Positions 28,630-38,832 are shown, numbered from the stretch's first letter. The stretch: 64,000 nucleotides of DNA from Candidatus Woesearchaeota archaeon (GCA_964514585.1 CAZETU010000001.1:210523-274522); one strand, 5' to 3'. A program made the numbers and translations. Notes: a model not told the origin generated them from the sequence alone.

Positions 28630-29106
28630 TTATTTCTTTTTCTTTTTGCTAGTAACCTTCTTCTTAGCAACCTTCTTCGGCTTCTCTTTCTCCTCTAACT
28701 TCTTCTGAGCTTCTTGCAACTGCGCATTAAGCTGATTAATCTTAATGTTAGCAATCTTTGCAATCTCATCATAACGATGCATTCGTCCAGAAATATTATT
28801 CAACAAAGCAGTAGCTTCAACCATATCCATCGTAACCTTCCCAGGCTCAATCACCTCAACCGAACTCGGCATAAAATCAAACATCGTCTCAGCCAACCGA
28901 CCAAAATTAGGCGTCTCAAAATCAGCCTCGGCAAAACAAGTAAACATATCCCTATGTCCCTCAATCTCCTTAGGCTCACTAAGCTTAATCGAATGAACCT
29001 CTATATCATTAACCTGATTCAAAATCCCAATATGTTGCGACAAAGCCTCTTTCAAATGACTCGCAGGCCGCCCCGCAATCTCAACAATCATAATAGCTCT
29101 TACCAT
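28630..29106 (-). CDS. Hypothetical protein (ferredoxin-like fold plus coiled coil, basic tail)
   Basis: 158-aa ORF with host-like codon use; MFDFMPSSVEVIEP. Confidence 0.65.
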   Translation of the reverse strand: MVRAIMIVEIAGRPASHLKEALSQHIGILNQVNDIEVHSIKLSEPKEIEGHRDMFTCFAEADFETPNFGRLAETMFDFMPSSVEVIEPGKVTMDMVEATALLNNISGRMHRYDEIAKIANIKINQLNAQLQEAQKKLEEKEKPKKVAKKKVTSKKKKK

Positions 29107-29130
29107 GAATCGATAAACCCAATTCCCCTT

Positions 29131-29730
29131 TTAACCTTTTCCCCAAATCAAAACCGCAACGACAAAAATCATGAACAAAGAAAAAACATAAGGCAAATAA
29201 TCAAGAGCCTTAGAATCCCTAGACTCAAAAACAACAACCTCATCCTTACTTTCACCACCAAAATCAACAACCTCCGGCTCCCAAGATTTCTTCAAAACAA
29301 TCACTTCGTCATACTCTTCAATCTCAACAACCTCCTCCAAAACCCCTACTTCCTCTTCCTCAGCCTCCTCAACTTCAATCTCAATCTCAAAAAACTCCCG
29401 CTTATCACCCTGCCTCAATTTCACAAACCCATCAAAATTCCCATCATCAGAAACCTTCAATAAAACATCTTCTTCATCCCCACTCTCAACAAATTCCTTC
29501 AAATAATAATACCCAGACTTCCACTCATCCTCATCCTCATCCCAAATCTTCAAAACAGAATCCCGCTCCTCATCCAACTCAACCTTAACGTCATAAACCC
29601 CATCACCATCAAAAACCTCCAACGAACACTCAAACTCTTCATCGACAAAAATTTCATCAGGACAATCAAAATCAATATCAACCGCAGAAACAAAAGAAAT
29701 CATCAATAGAAAAAGTAATAGATATTTCAT
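29131..29730 (-). CDS. Acidic secreted protein with a C-terminal membrane anchor
   Basis: Signal peptide; Glu/Asp-rich; terminal TM helix. Confidence 0.65.
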   Translation of the reverse strand: MKYLLLFLLMISFVSAVDIDFDCPDEIFVDEEFECSLEVFDGDGVYDVKVELDEERDSVLKIWDEDEDEWKSGYYYLKEFVESGDEEDVLLKVSDDGNFDGFVKLRQGDKREFFEIEIEVEEAEEEEVGVLEEVVEIEEYDEVIVLKKSWEPEVVDFGGESKDEVVVFESRDSKALDYLPYVFSLFMIFVVAVLIWGKG

Positions 29731-29847
29731 ATAAAATACATAATATCAAAGCATATAAATTATCCGAAATCAATTTTACATACCAACAAATAGAAAAACA
29801 AATATTCCAGCAAAACATTTATATACTACTATTAAGTTAATACAATT

Positions 29848-30201
29848 ATGGCAAGTGATAATGATACACTTAGAAAGCTCGAAACTTTAGAAAGCTTGGA
29901 AAGCGTACCTGTTGGTAGTGAAGTTGTACTTGTACACAGAAATGGGCGTCCCGGGAATTCTTTTACAGTTCATGGTAATTTTGAAGGTGTAGATACGAGA
30001 GTAGGTGCATATGTGGATGTTACAAATCATTTAGATCTACCCATCGAGCTAAACTTTGATCCAGCATACCCCGGGAAGCTTTTAACTTTTTTAAGAGGAT
30101 TTCAAGACCCAAGATTTGAAAGAAAATCCGAATCCACGGGCTATAACCACTTTGCAAATCCCGGACCCAGATATGAAGCTTATCAAGTTGTCGAAAAATA
30201 A
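29848..30201 (+). CDS. Orphan hypothetical protein
   Basis: 117-aa ORF preceded by a TTTATATA box; G-rich against the local strand skew. Confidence 0.6.
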   Translation: MASDNDTLRKLETLESLESVPVGSEVVLVHRNGRPGNSFTVHGNFEGVDTRVGAYVDVTNHLDLPIELNFDPAYPGKLLTFLRGFQDPRFERKSESTGYNHFANPGPRYEAYQVVEK

Positions 30202-30271
30202 ATTTTTTATCACTAATCCCTCATTCGTTCTTCAATGCCCCAAAAATTAACATACTCAATCTAAAGCCATC

Positions 30272-30601
30272 TTAATACATCAAAGTCCCAATAAGAACAG
30301 TCATATTAGTAATAAATCCAAGCGAGTACGCAATGGCAATAGGTTTATCCTTATGAACAATACCGTAAATGAACCAAGGAATATTAAACAAAGCATAAAG
30401 CCCCCAAGACAAACCCGACACTCCCATAGCGCTCTTATAAATAAAAATCTGTAAAATCTGAGGCAACGCAATCAACGGACCAATCACAGCAATAACAACC
30501 AAAAACCTATCTAAAAACCGAACCCACTTATTTTCATGCGGATATATCTCCAACTTTTTATGCACTCTCTTCCTTTTATGCATATGATGAATACCATTCA
30601 T
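30272..30601 (-). CDS. SemiSWEET / PQ-loop family transporter
   Basis: ALPQILQI PQ motif, GVS, three TM helices; ATG at 30601 lies about 21 nt after TTTAAA. Confidence 0.8.
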   Translation of the reverse strand: MNGIHHMHKRKRVHKKLEIYPHENKWVRFLDRFLVVIAVIGPLIALPQILQIFIYKSAMGVSGLSWGLYALFNIPWFIYGIVHKDKPIAIAYSLGFITNMTVLIGTLMY

Positions 30602-30711
30602 AGAAATCCCTAACAAACTTTCTTTAAATAATCTCCCTACTACATCCGCCCCCAATCTAAACAGTAGAAATATCTACAATCATAAACAAAAGCAAAATCT
30701 CCAATTAGCTT

Positions 30712-31665
30712 TTATTTTAATTTTTGACATTCCTTTAAAATTTTCTCTGATAATTTCAATTTATCTTTAATCATATTTTCATTAATTTTATCAATCCCCA
30801 AAACTTTCAAAAGAATTTTTTTAAGTTCAGTTCTCTCGCTTTTTATTATCTTTTTATCAAAAGCCCACGTTACTAAACATCCCACAATAAATCTATATGC
30901 AAAAACAAAAGGATAATTTTCAAAAGTTTTTCTTAATCCCTCTATATTATACCTAATTTTTATCTTATCAAAAAAACCAAAGTTTTCGCAGCTTGGATTT
31001 TCAGACTTTTTTATTTTATTCATTAGAAGATATGCTTTTTTAAAATCCCTTAAAATCTGTTTTTCATTTTCATTTTCAAAAGTATACAATCTTTCAATAT
31101 TCTCATAGGTTTTAATTTTATATTTCCTATCAATTTTCTTCAAACTTGTCAATAATCTAAAAGTTGGAAAGGGAAAATTAAACCTTGGAGGCAAAGTGTG
31201 CATTAAAATAAATGCAGGGCTTTCGAGTCCATACAAATGATGAAAAGATTTTTCATAATCTTTATTCCTAAAAGATTTTTCTGCTGATTTCTGGTACTTT
31301 TTTGATTCTTCTAATTCATTATTAAATCTCTTTTTTGCCACTTTTTCATTAAACTTACTTTTCTTTATCTTACCTGTCTTGTCGTAAAGAATTTTTTCCT
31401 CTGGCAAAATATTTTCATTATTCAAATTTTCTATTTCAAAATAATGTTCTTCAATATATTTTCCTCCAAACCTATAAAACCTTCTTGGGTTTTTTGGCAT
31501 ATCTTTTTTCTTAACATAAAAAACTATATCAATATCACTATGTTCAGTTTCGTCTCTTCTAGCAACACTTCCTCCAAGAATGATTGCTTGAATAAAACCT
31601 TCATTAATCTTTTTATCAACTAAGGCATTGACAACCTCTACAAATTCTTCATGTATTTTTCTCAT
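30712..31665 (-). CDS. Nucleotidyltransferase (Pol-beta superfamily) with a helical C-terminal domain
   Basis: ILGGSVARRDETEHSDIDIVF. Confidence 0.8.
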   Translation of the reverse strand: MRKIHEEFVEVVNALVDKKINEGFIQAIILGGSVARRDETEHSDIDIVFYVKKKDMPKNPRRFYRFGGKYIEEHYFEIENLNNENILPEEKILYDKTGKIKKSKFNEKVAKKRFNNELEESKKYQKSAEKSFRNKDYEKSFHHLYGLESPAFILMHTLPPRFNFPFPTFRLLTSLKKIDRKYKIKTYENIERLYTFENENEKQILRDFKKAYLLMNKIKKSENPSCENFGFFDKIKIRYNIEGLRKTFENYPFVFAYRFIVGCLVTWAFDKKIIKSERTELKKILLKVLGIDKINENMIKDKLKLSEKILKECQKLK

Positions 31666-32168
31666 CGCATTCGCCCCTCAATCTCCCCAAAATCAATATA
31701 CTCAACCCGCACCCGATTCTTCTCCTTCTCCTTAGACGCAACCAAAATCTCCGAAAAAATCCCACGATCCAAATACCATTTACATTTCTCCTTCTCAATC
31801 CTAGACAAAGTTCCATTCATCTTAACCTCAACCCCAATCACCTTATACAAATCCCCTCGCTTTTCAAAGCAAACAAAATCAGGAAACCCAGTCCCAATCG
31901 TCATCACCCCCATATTATTTCTAAACTTCCTAAAAAGCCTCTTACACGGCACCAACTTATCCTCGTCAATATCAATATTATTAGACCACTTATCAACAAC
32001 CCAACCTTTCTCCTCCAAATCCTTTCGAACCCTAAGCTCGAACGCCCCACCGGCAGCCTTACTCTTCGCCCCCCGTTTCATATCAGACTTCTTCTTCAAC
32101 TTAACAGTCCCATCATCCAACACAACCGGCTTATACTCAACCTCTTCCTCCTGACTCTTCAACTCCAT
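31662..32168 (-). CDS. PD-(D/E)xK nuclease, Holliday junction resolvase (Hjc)-like
   Basis: GGAFELRVRKDLEEKGW, GFPDF, GVEVK; start reassigned to ATG at 32168. Confidence 0.7.
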   Translation of the reverse strand: MELKSQEEEVEYKPVVLDDGTVKLKKKSDMKRGAKSKAAGGAFELRVRKDLEEKGWVVDKWSNNIDIDEDKLVPCKRLFRKFRNNMGVMTIGTGFPDFVCFEKRGDLYKVIGVEVKMNGTLSRIEKEKCKWYLDRGIFSEILVASKEKEKNRVRVEYIDFGEIEGRMR

Positions 32169-32240
32169 ACCAACACCAACAAACCAAGAATTATAAAACT
32201 TTATATAATCCCCAAATTTTAACATATCAGGAGATCATAA

Positions 32241-33473
32241 ATGTTAGGAATCCAAATTTTAATTCTATTAGTACTACTCTTCTTGTCAGCATTTTTCTCA
32301 GGCATTGAAACAGCGCTAATGTCAATTAACCAAATAAAAGTAAAATCTCTAGTTAAACAAGGCAAAAAAGGAGCATCAGTCCTACACAGAATAAAACAAA
32401 GCCCCCACAAACTAATAATCACCATACTCATCGGAAACAACCTAGTCAACATTGGGGCAGCTTCCCTGGCAACAGTTCTGTTCATGGACTTATTCGGCTC
32501 AGCAGGAATAGGAATCGCAACAGGCGTAATGACTTTCTTAATCTTGGTCTTCGGAGAAATCACACCAAAAACTTTTGCAGCACAAAACTCAGAAAAAATT
32601 TCCCTAATAGTCGCACGCCCAGTCGAAATACTCTCAATTATACTTTCACCATTCGTCTGGTTCTTCGAAAAAATATCAAAAATGATGTCAAGTCTATTGA
32701 ACTCTGAAGAAGACGGCGGACTTTCAGAAAGCGAACTAGAGACCGTCGTTACAATGGGAAGAAAAGAAGGACTCCTTGAAAAAGAAGCAGCAGAAATAAT
32801 GCACAACGTTCTAAAGTTCGGCGGAACAGTCGCAAAAGAAATCATGACACCAAGAGTCGAAATGGTAATGATCGACGGAAATAAAAAAATAAGCGAAGCT
32901 CTAGATCTAATTGTAAAAACGCCATACTCAAGATACCCAGTTTACATCAAAGAAAACCAAATCGAAGGAATCTTAGACATCGACGACGTCCTGAAACAAG
33001 TAAGAGATAAAAAACTCGGCAAAAAAGTAAAAGAACTCCTAAGGCCAATATTATTCATCCCAGAAACAAAAGAAATAGACGACCTCTTAACAGAATTCGA
33101 AGGCAAAGAAGTCCCAATGGCAGTTGTGGTAGACGAATACGGCGGAATCGAAGGACTAGTAACAGTTGAAGACATCCTTGAAGAAATAGTCGGAGATATA
33201 TTCGACAAAAGCAAAGCAAAAAATCTCTACTTCAAAAAACTAAAAGAAAATATCATAAAGGTAGATGCGAAAGCACCAGTCGATGAGCTAAACAAAATTC
33301 TAAAATTAGGAATCAGGGGAGAACACTTCAACACAATCGGAGGCTATATTCAACACAGACTCCAAAGAATTCCTCATCAAGGAGAAAGAATAAAATTACG
33401 AAACGCAGTAATTGAGGTCGGAGAAGTAACAAATCAAAGAATCAAAAACGTAAAGATAATCAAAAACATCTAA
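32241..33473 (+). CDS. CNNM/CorB (hemolysin-family) protein: DUF21, CBS pair and CorC_HlyC domain
   Basis: FFSGIETAL, ILIGNNLVNI, FGEITPK, IMTPR, YSRYPVY, VVDEYGG. Confidence 0.93.
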   Translation: MLGIQILILLVLLFLSAFFSGIETALMSINQIKVKSLVKQGKKGASVLHRIKQSPHKLIITILIGNNLVNIGAASLATVLFMDLFGSAGIGIATGVMTFLILVFGEITPKTFAAQNSEKISLIVARPVEILSIILSPFVWFFEKISKMMSSLLNSEEDGGLSESELETVVTMGRKEGLLEKEAAEIMHNVLKFGGTVAKEIMTPRVEMVMIDGNKKISEALDLIVKTPYSRYPVYIKENQIEGILDIDDVLKQVRDKKLGKKVKELLRPILFIPETKEIDDLLTEFEGKEVPMAVVVDEYGGIEGLVTVEDILEEIVGDIFDKSKAKNLYFKKLKENIIKVDAKAPVDELNKILKLGIRGEHFNTIGGYIQHRLQRIPHQGERIKLRNAVIEVGEVTNQRIKNVKIIKNI

Positions 33474-33634
33474 AGATCTCTTGCGTACACAGTTCGTCGC
33501 CCATTTGCCTTCGCCCGTTCAACTGCTTTCTTTAGCGCCTCATCAGTCTTCTTTTCAAGCGCCATCGCCAAATCCTCGCCCAAATTCAAACCTTCCAAGT
33601 TCTCCCGAATATTACTTTTTACAATCAATCCCAT
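33470..33634 (-). CDS. Short histone-fold protein (54 aa), absent from the ORF track
   Basis: Manual translation: MGLIVKSNIRENLEGLNLGEDLAMALEKKTDEALKKAVERAKANGRRTVYARDL*; histone L2/alpha3 motif RxTVxxxD. Confidence 0.85.
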   Translation of the reverse strand: MGLIVKSNIRENLEGLNLGEDLAMALEKKTDEALKKAVERAKANGRRTVYARDL

Positions 33635-34280
33635 CTTTCTTTATCTCGCATTTAGTTCCACCATTAGTCGGCCTAAGAGCATTAAACAAATAATAAACAT
33701 AAAATCCACCGACAATCGCAATCGTCGTCCAAAGAACAAAACTCTCCATTTCCTTAACACCAGTAAAATTTCCACCAAACATATATCCAATAAACAAAAA
33801 CATAACAACCCACAAAATACTCCCAATAATATTAAAAAATAAAAACTTAGAAAACTTAACTCTTTCAGTCCCGACGATAAAAGGCGCAATAGAACGAGTC
33901 ACAGGATTAAGCCTACCAAAAACTAGCGCTTTCCCCGGATGACCATGAACTACAGAACCAACTCTCTCAAGCGTTGCCTTCCTCACAAATAACTTATTAG
34001 CAAATCTATGAAAAAAGTCCTTCTTCACAAACCTCCCAAAACAATAACTAAAAGTATCAATTGAAATTGAAGCAACAATCGCAACCACCGCAACTTTCCA
34101 CAAAACAAAAAATTCAAACCGAGCCAAAACTCCAGCTAGCAAAAGAACAATAGTACCCCCAGGAATAAAAGCCCCAATAAACGGAGTCGACTCAATAAAA
34201 AGCGCAAGAAAAACTATCAAATATCCCCAAAAAGCAAAAAAGCTCCGATTCATTCCAAGCAACGTTTCAACAAACACCAT
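33612..34280 (-). CDS. DedA family membrane protein
   Basis: FIESTPFIGAFIPGG, GRLNPVTRSIAPFIVG, FLFFNIIGSILW. Confidence 0.9.
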   Translation of the reverse strand: MVFVETLLGMNRSFFAFWGYLIVFLALFIESTPFIGAFIPGGTIVLLLAGVLARFEFFVLWKVAVVAIVASISIDTFSYCFGRFVKKDFFHRFANKLFVRKATLERVGSVVHGHPGKALVFGRLNPVTRSIAPFIVGTERVKFSKFLFFNIIGSILWVVMFLFIGYMFGGNFTGVKEMESFVLWTTIAIVGGFYVYYLFNALRPTNGGTKCEIKKDGIDCKK

Positions 34281-35795
34281 CTATTTCTTAACCTTCTTAT
34301 CACTCTCTTCTACTTCAGACCTCATGAAAGGAAATAAAAGAACATCTCTAATTGAAGGTTGATTAGTAAAAAACATCACAATTCTATCAATACCAATCCC
34401 TATTCCACCAGCAGGAGGCATTCCCACCCTCATAGAATCAATAAAATCCTTGTCTATAACATTTGCTTCAAAATGTGCCTCAAACTTTTCAAGTCGCCCC
34501 TCACCTTTTAATTGATCCTCTAGTCTTTTTTTCTGCTCTTCTGGATCATTTAATTCACTATAGGCATTGGCAATCTCAGTACCGTTGATAAATAATTCAA
34601 ACCTTTCAACAGTGCCTTCTTTTTCCCTATGATCCTTAGTTAAAGGGCAAGTGGATTTAGGATAATCAATAATAAACGTTGGCTGTATAAGATTGTGCTC
34701 AACTCCTTCATCAAACACAAAATGAATAAGTTGATCCCGAGTCCCAGAAAATCCAAGTTTTTTACCATAATCTTTCAATTCAGCTTCATTACATGGATCA
34801 ATCTTACAATATTTTTTTATAGATTCCTCAATCGTCATCACTTTAAACGGAGCCTTAAAATCAAGGACCTTGCCCTGATATTCTACTTTAGTTTTACCAT
34901 ATACTTTTTTCGCAATACTCTCTAATAACTGTTCAGCCATCCTCCTAATATCATTGTAATCCCAATAAGAAGCATAAGCCTCCATCATAGTAAACTCAGG
35001 ATTATGTGTTGCATCAATCCCCTCATTTCTAAAATTTTTACAAATAGTAAAATTCTTTTCAATACCTCCAACCAACAATTTCTTCAGATAAATTTCAGGA
35101 GAAATAGACAAATATAATTTCATCTTCAAGGCATGCAATTCTGTAATAAATGGCCTTGCTTCAGCTCCTCCATAAAGAGGCTGTAACGCAGGAGTTTCAA
35201 CTTCCAAAAAATCTTTTTTCTTTAAAAAATCCCTCATGATATCAACAATTTGTGCACGTCTAACAAAAACCTCTTTCACATCAGGATTAATAATCAAATC
35301 TAAATATCTCTTTCTATACCTCTCCTCTTTATCCTTCAGCCCCTTATGTTTATCTGGCAACGGCAAAATCGACTTAGTCAAAATAAACAACTCCTTAGCC
35401 ATAAGTGAAATCTCCCCAGTACGAGTCTTCATTACCTCCCCCTTAACACCAACAATATCTCCAGCATCAATCCTGCTAAAACTATTAACAACCTCCTGCG
35501 GAACCTCACCCTTCTGAACAACAATCTGAATCGTCCCCTTCAAGTCCTGTAAATTAAAAAACGACAACTTCCCAAAACTCCTCTTAGTCATAACCCGACC
35601 AGCAACAACTCTCTCTTGCCCAGATTTCTCCTCATCCTTCAACTTCCCAAACTCATCCTTAATATCAGTAGAATGAACTCTGTCTTCATGTAAATCAAAC
35701 CGATGCGGATACGGATCAATCCCCTCCTCTCGAAGCGACGCTATCTTCTTAATTCTCTCATCAACTATCTGCTTCTCACGTCCCTTAAGCTCCAT
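34281..35795 (-). CDS. lysS: Lysine--tRNA ligase, class II
   Basis: OB domain; RYRKRYLDL; FRNEGIDATHNPEFT; GMPPAGGIGIGIDR. Confidence 0.96.
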   Translation of the reverse strand: MELKGREKQIVDERIKKIASLREEGIDPYPHRFDLHEDRVHSTDIKDEFGKLKDEEKSGQERVVAGRVMTKRSFGKLSFFNLQDLKGTIQIVVQKGEVPQEVVNSFSRIDAGDIVGVKGEVMKTRTGEISLMAKELFILTKSILPLPDKHKGLKDKEERYRKRYLDLIINPDVKEVFVRRAQIVDIMRDFLKKKDFLEVETPALQPLYGGAEARPFITELHALKMKLYLSISPEIYLKKLLVGGIEKNFTICKNFRNEGIDATHNPEFTMMEAYASYWDYNDIRRMAEQLLESIAKKVYGKTKVEYQGKVLDFKAPFKVMTIEESIKKYCKIDPCNEAELKDYGKKLGFSGTRDQLIHFVFDEGVEHNLIQPTFIIDYPKSTCPLTKDHREKEGTVERFELFINGTEIANAYSELNDPEEQKKRLEDQLKGEGRLEKFEAHFEANVIDKDFIDSMRVGMPPAGGIGIGIDRIVMFFTNQPSIRDVLLFPFMRSEVEESDKKVKK

Positions 35796-35828
35796 ATTAA
35801 CATCAACTAAACCATATTTATAAAACTA

Positions 35829-36107
35829 TCAAAACCGAAGTATCTTAAATTCCTTAAAATCGCCCTGCCACTTCCGCTCCTCAATTTGAACATGACGAAT
35901 CTGCGAATGCTCAGGTCCCTTCCGAACAAACCCAGCCAACCTATCAATCTGATCCTGCTCACCCTCAACAAGTATCTCAACATTCCCACCATTCAAATTC
36001 CGAACAAACCCACTCAACTTTAAATTATCAGCATGCTCCTTGACAAACTGCCTAAAAAAAATCCCCTGAACAGTCCCCTGCACAACAAACCTCGCCGCCT
36101 TCTTCAT
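35829..36107 (-). CDS. acyP: Acylphosphatase
   Basis: GTVQGIFFR, GFVRNL..GNVE. Confidence 0.93.
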   Translation of the reverse strand: MKKAARFVVQGTVQGIFFRQFVKEHADNLKLSGFVRNLNGGNVEILVEGEQDQIDRLAGFVRKGPEHSQIRHVQIEERKWQGDFKEFKILRF

Positions 36108-36131
36108 ATTGTAAGAAATCAAACTTACTTT

Positions 36132-36890
36132 TTATTCCTGTCGGTCAGGTATTTCATTATGTTCTTTGGCTCTATCCCAAGCTTCCCAAAACCCAGCATG
36201 ATAATTATCATAATTAGCGACGACCTCTGTCAACCTTTTTTCAATCTCTACTTCCTTCGGAAAAGAAACGTCAAACATATTACGATATTTATCCAAAACA
36301 TTCGAAATTTCCAAACATGCCTCTTCGTCAAGTTCTCTTTCAAATTCCCCTTCTTCCTTAGAGGAGTATCTTATTATTGCGTTCCTTTTGTTAATAAGTT
36401 CCCCAGCAATTGCATCAGCAGAATGACTATATTCATAAGGTATAGGAACTTTCGGCTCAACAAAAAAATCAGTATCCGAAAGACCCCCCATACAAGATTG
36501 CAAAATACCCCTCAAGAGAAACCCGCTACTCCTTTTTTCAGCCATAAGTTCTTCTAAAATGTCTCTTCTACTAATGTAATCATTTAAGCGCAATAATATT
36601 TGAGGAACGTAATAAATAAATGCCTTCTCAATTGATTTATTAATATAATATGTCGGTCTAGATCCATTAGACCTATATTTCTTAAGTCGTCTCGGATCAA
36701 TATTATAAGCATACCACTCAGCCGCATACTCAACCAACTCAGGATTATCCCTAGCGGCATGATAATTATTAACATGTTTACGCATCTCTTCTTTCATCTC
36801 CCGCAAGGTTTCTCTTTTAAACTTAGCCCTAAACCTTCTAGGTATACCCGCTCCCCTATCCTGCGACAAAAACTCATCATCCAATTCCAT
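36132..36890 (-). CDS. Orphan hypothetical protein
   Basis: About 250-aa ORF; no motif recognised. Confidence 0.55.
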   Translation of the reverse strand: MELDDEFLSQDRGAGIPRRFRAKFKRETLREMKEEMRKHVNNYHAARDNPELVEYAAEWYAYNIDPRRLKKYRSNGSRPTYYINKSIEKAFIYYVPQILLRLNDYISRRDILEELMAEKRSSGFLLRGILQSCMGGLSDTDFFVEPKVPIPYEYSHSADAIAGELINKRNAIIRYSSKEEGEFERELDEEACLEISNVLDKYRNMFDVSFPKEVEIEKRLTEVVANYDNYHAGFWEAWDRAKEHNEIPDRQE

Positions 36891-36983
36891 AATATAGTAA
36901 TCATGAATACATACAAAAAACTTTTCATAAAAAAACAAGACATAATAACAAAACTTATAAAGAATATTCTATTATGTCTTAAT

Positions 36984-37946
36984 ATGGAGGCAAAAATAAA
37001 TCTAAAAGATAGAAAGCTATTATCCCAATTAGAACAAAATTCCAGGCAATCAAACATAAAAATAGCAAAACAAATCGGAACAAGCAAAGACTCAGTTGCC
37101 TACAAAATAAAAAAATTAATAGACATAAGAATCATAAAAGAATTTTCATCAGTTACAAACCCTTCAAAACTAGGTTACACTTCGCACAGAATCCTTCTAA
37201 AACTCATAGACACTGACACAAAAAAATTCGACTCCATAATAAAACACTTAAAACAAAACAAACAAATTTGGTGGATCTCAAAGCTAGACGGTGCATGGGA
37301 TATGGTCTTCGCAACTTGGACAAAAAGCAACACTGAGCTCCAAGAAATACTTGCAGACTTAAATCTAAAATTCAAACCACAAATCGGGGAACAGCAAATC
37401 TGCCCAGTCATAAAATATGAACTTTCCTCAAGAGGACACCTAACAAACGCCCCTTCAAAAAAACTCTTCACAATAGGCGGCGAACCAACAGCAGAAAAAA
37501 TAGATGAAACAGATAAAAAAATTCTAGAAGAATTATCAAAGAACTCAAAAATCCCCCTAATCGATTTAGCCGAAATTCTAAAAATCGACAATATGACAAT
37601 TCATCATCGGATAAAAAAACTAGAAGAAAAACAAATAATACTAGGATACACAATCCATCTAAACACAAGAAAACTAATGAAAGTCTTTTATTCGGTAAAA
37701 ATAAATTTAAAACAGACAACTCAAAAACAAGAACTAATTGAATACATCCAAAAACTTCCACAAATAACAGCCACAACAGAAACAATCGGAGGTTACGACA
37801 TAGATTTCGACATCGAAGTAGAAAATTCAGAAGAATACTTTCAAATCATAGAAAGAATAAGAGACAAATTCCCCCTCATAAGAAACATAATCTATTTTAG
37901 AATTCTAGAAAATTACAAAATACTCAGAATACCAAGGCTATCTTAA
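36984..37946 (+). CDS. Tandem (double) Lrp/AsnC family regulator
   Basis: Two HTH-RAM units: INLKDRKLLSQLEQNSRQS and IDETDKKILEELSKNSKIP; ATG at 36984. Confidence 0.88.
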   Translation: MEAKINLKDRKLLSQLEQNSRQSNIKIAKQIGTSKDSVAYKIKKLIDIRIIKEFSSVTNPSKLGYTSHRILLKLIDTDTKKFDSIIKHLKQNKQIWWISKLDGAWDMVFATWTKSNTELQEILADLNLKFKPQIGEQQICPVIKYELSSRGHLTNAPSKKLFTIGGEPTAEKIDETDKKILEELSKNSKIPLIDLAEILKIDNMTIHHRIKKLEEKQIILGYTIHLNTRKLMKVFYSVKINLKQTTQKQELIEYIQKLPQITATTETIGGYDIDFDIEVENSEEYFQIIERIRDKFPLIRNIIYFRILENYKILRIPRLS

Positions 37947-38533
37947 TAACCCATTTTCTCCTGTCGGTCAATCTCATTATGAATAACAGTAATAACTTGA
38001 CTCGCAAAAAGCGTTAAAGGCCCAACCGAAACCCCATCAATCTTTTTCAAAAACTTTTTCTTATCCGACGGAAACCCATCATGATCCCCAATAATAAAAA
38101 CCTCATTCCCTTTCAATTTCAAATCCCGTACATCCTTCCCACGACCTTCCAACAACAAAACATCCTTCCCATCTTTATCCAACTCTTTAGCTAAATGCTC
38201 AAAACTTTTCTTCTCAATTAAAGCCCCAGGAAAAACCTCTAACAACCCCTCGCTGTCAGGCGATTTATACAACATCCTCTTTATCAACCCCGCAACATTC
38301 TTCTTAGAAATTGGCATCTCTTTATTCGATTCCAAAACCAAATGACGAGGAGCACTAGGTGGCCCATCAAAAATCAAATGCAACCGAACATCATCCCTCA
38401 TCGCATTCGAAACAAAAAATACAGAAATTATCACATTACAAACTATATCCATCCGCCCAGCCTTCATCAAATCATCCTTAATCATATTCCCAGCCGTCAC
38501 AGCACTCTTCGAATAATAAATAAATTCTCTCAT
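37943..38533 (-). CDS. trmY: tRNA pseudouridine-54 N1-methyltransferase (SPOUT)
   Basis: AGRMDIVC, HLIFDGPP, FIIGDHDG, SVGPLTLFASQVI. Confidence 0.85.
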   Translation of the reverse strand: MREFIYYSKSAVTAGNMIKDDLMKAGRMDIVCNVIISVFFVSNAMRDDVRLHLIFDGPPSAPRHLVLESNKEMPISKKNVAGLIKRMLYKSPDSEGLLEVFPGALIEKKSFEHLAKELDKDGKDVLLLEGRGKDVRDLKLKGNEVFIIGDHDGFPSDKKKFLKKIDGVSVGPLTLFASQVITVIHNEIDRQEKMGY

Positions 38534-38573
38534 TTAAAAACCAAGAGAAAACACTTTAAGAAACTAACCCAAC

Positions 38574-38768
38574 TCATCTCTCCCAAGTACAATTAGGACT
38601 AGGAGTTTCATGCATCCCATTTCTTAACAAATTTTCTCCCATAGCATCCAAATCATCAAGGACATAAACTAAATTATCAGAGTCAGGAAGGGGACGCCTC
38701 AAGCCAGGAACAGCAATATAACAACCATAAACATCCGTTCCCATTTCTCTCCTCGGTAATAAACTCAT
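38574..38768 (-). CDS. Small orphan protein
   Basis: 64-aa ORF filling the gap between trmY and rbcL. Confidence 0.4.
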   Translation of the reverse strand: MSLLPRREMGTDVYGCYIAVPGLRRPLPDSDNLVYVLDDLDAMGENLLRNGMHETPSPNCTWER

Positions 38769-38832
38769 GAGTCAACATCATCAGTATTCCTTTAAAAATA
38801 TTATTATCCCGAAATATACTATTTTATCCCAA

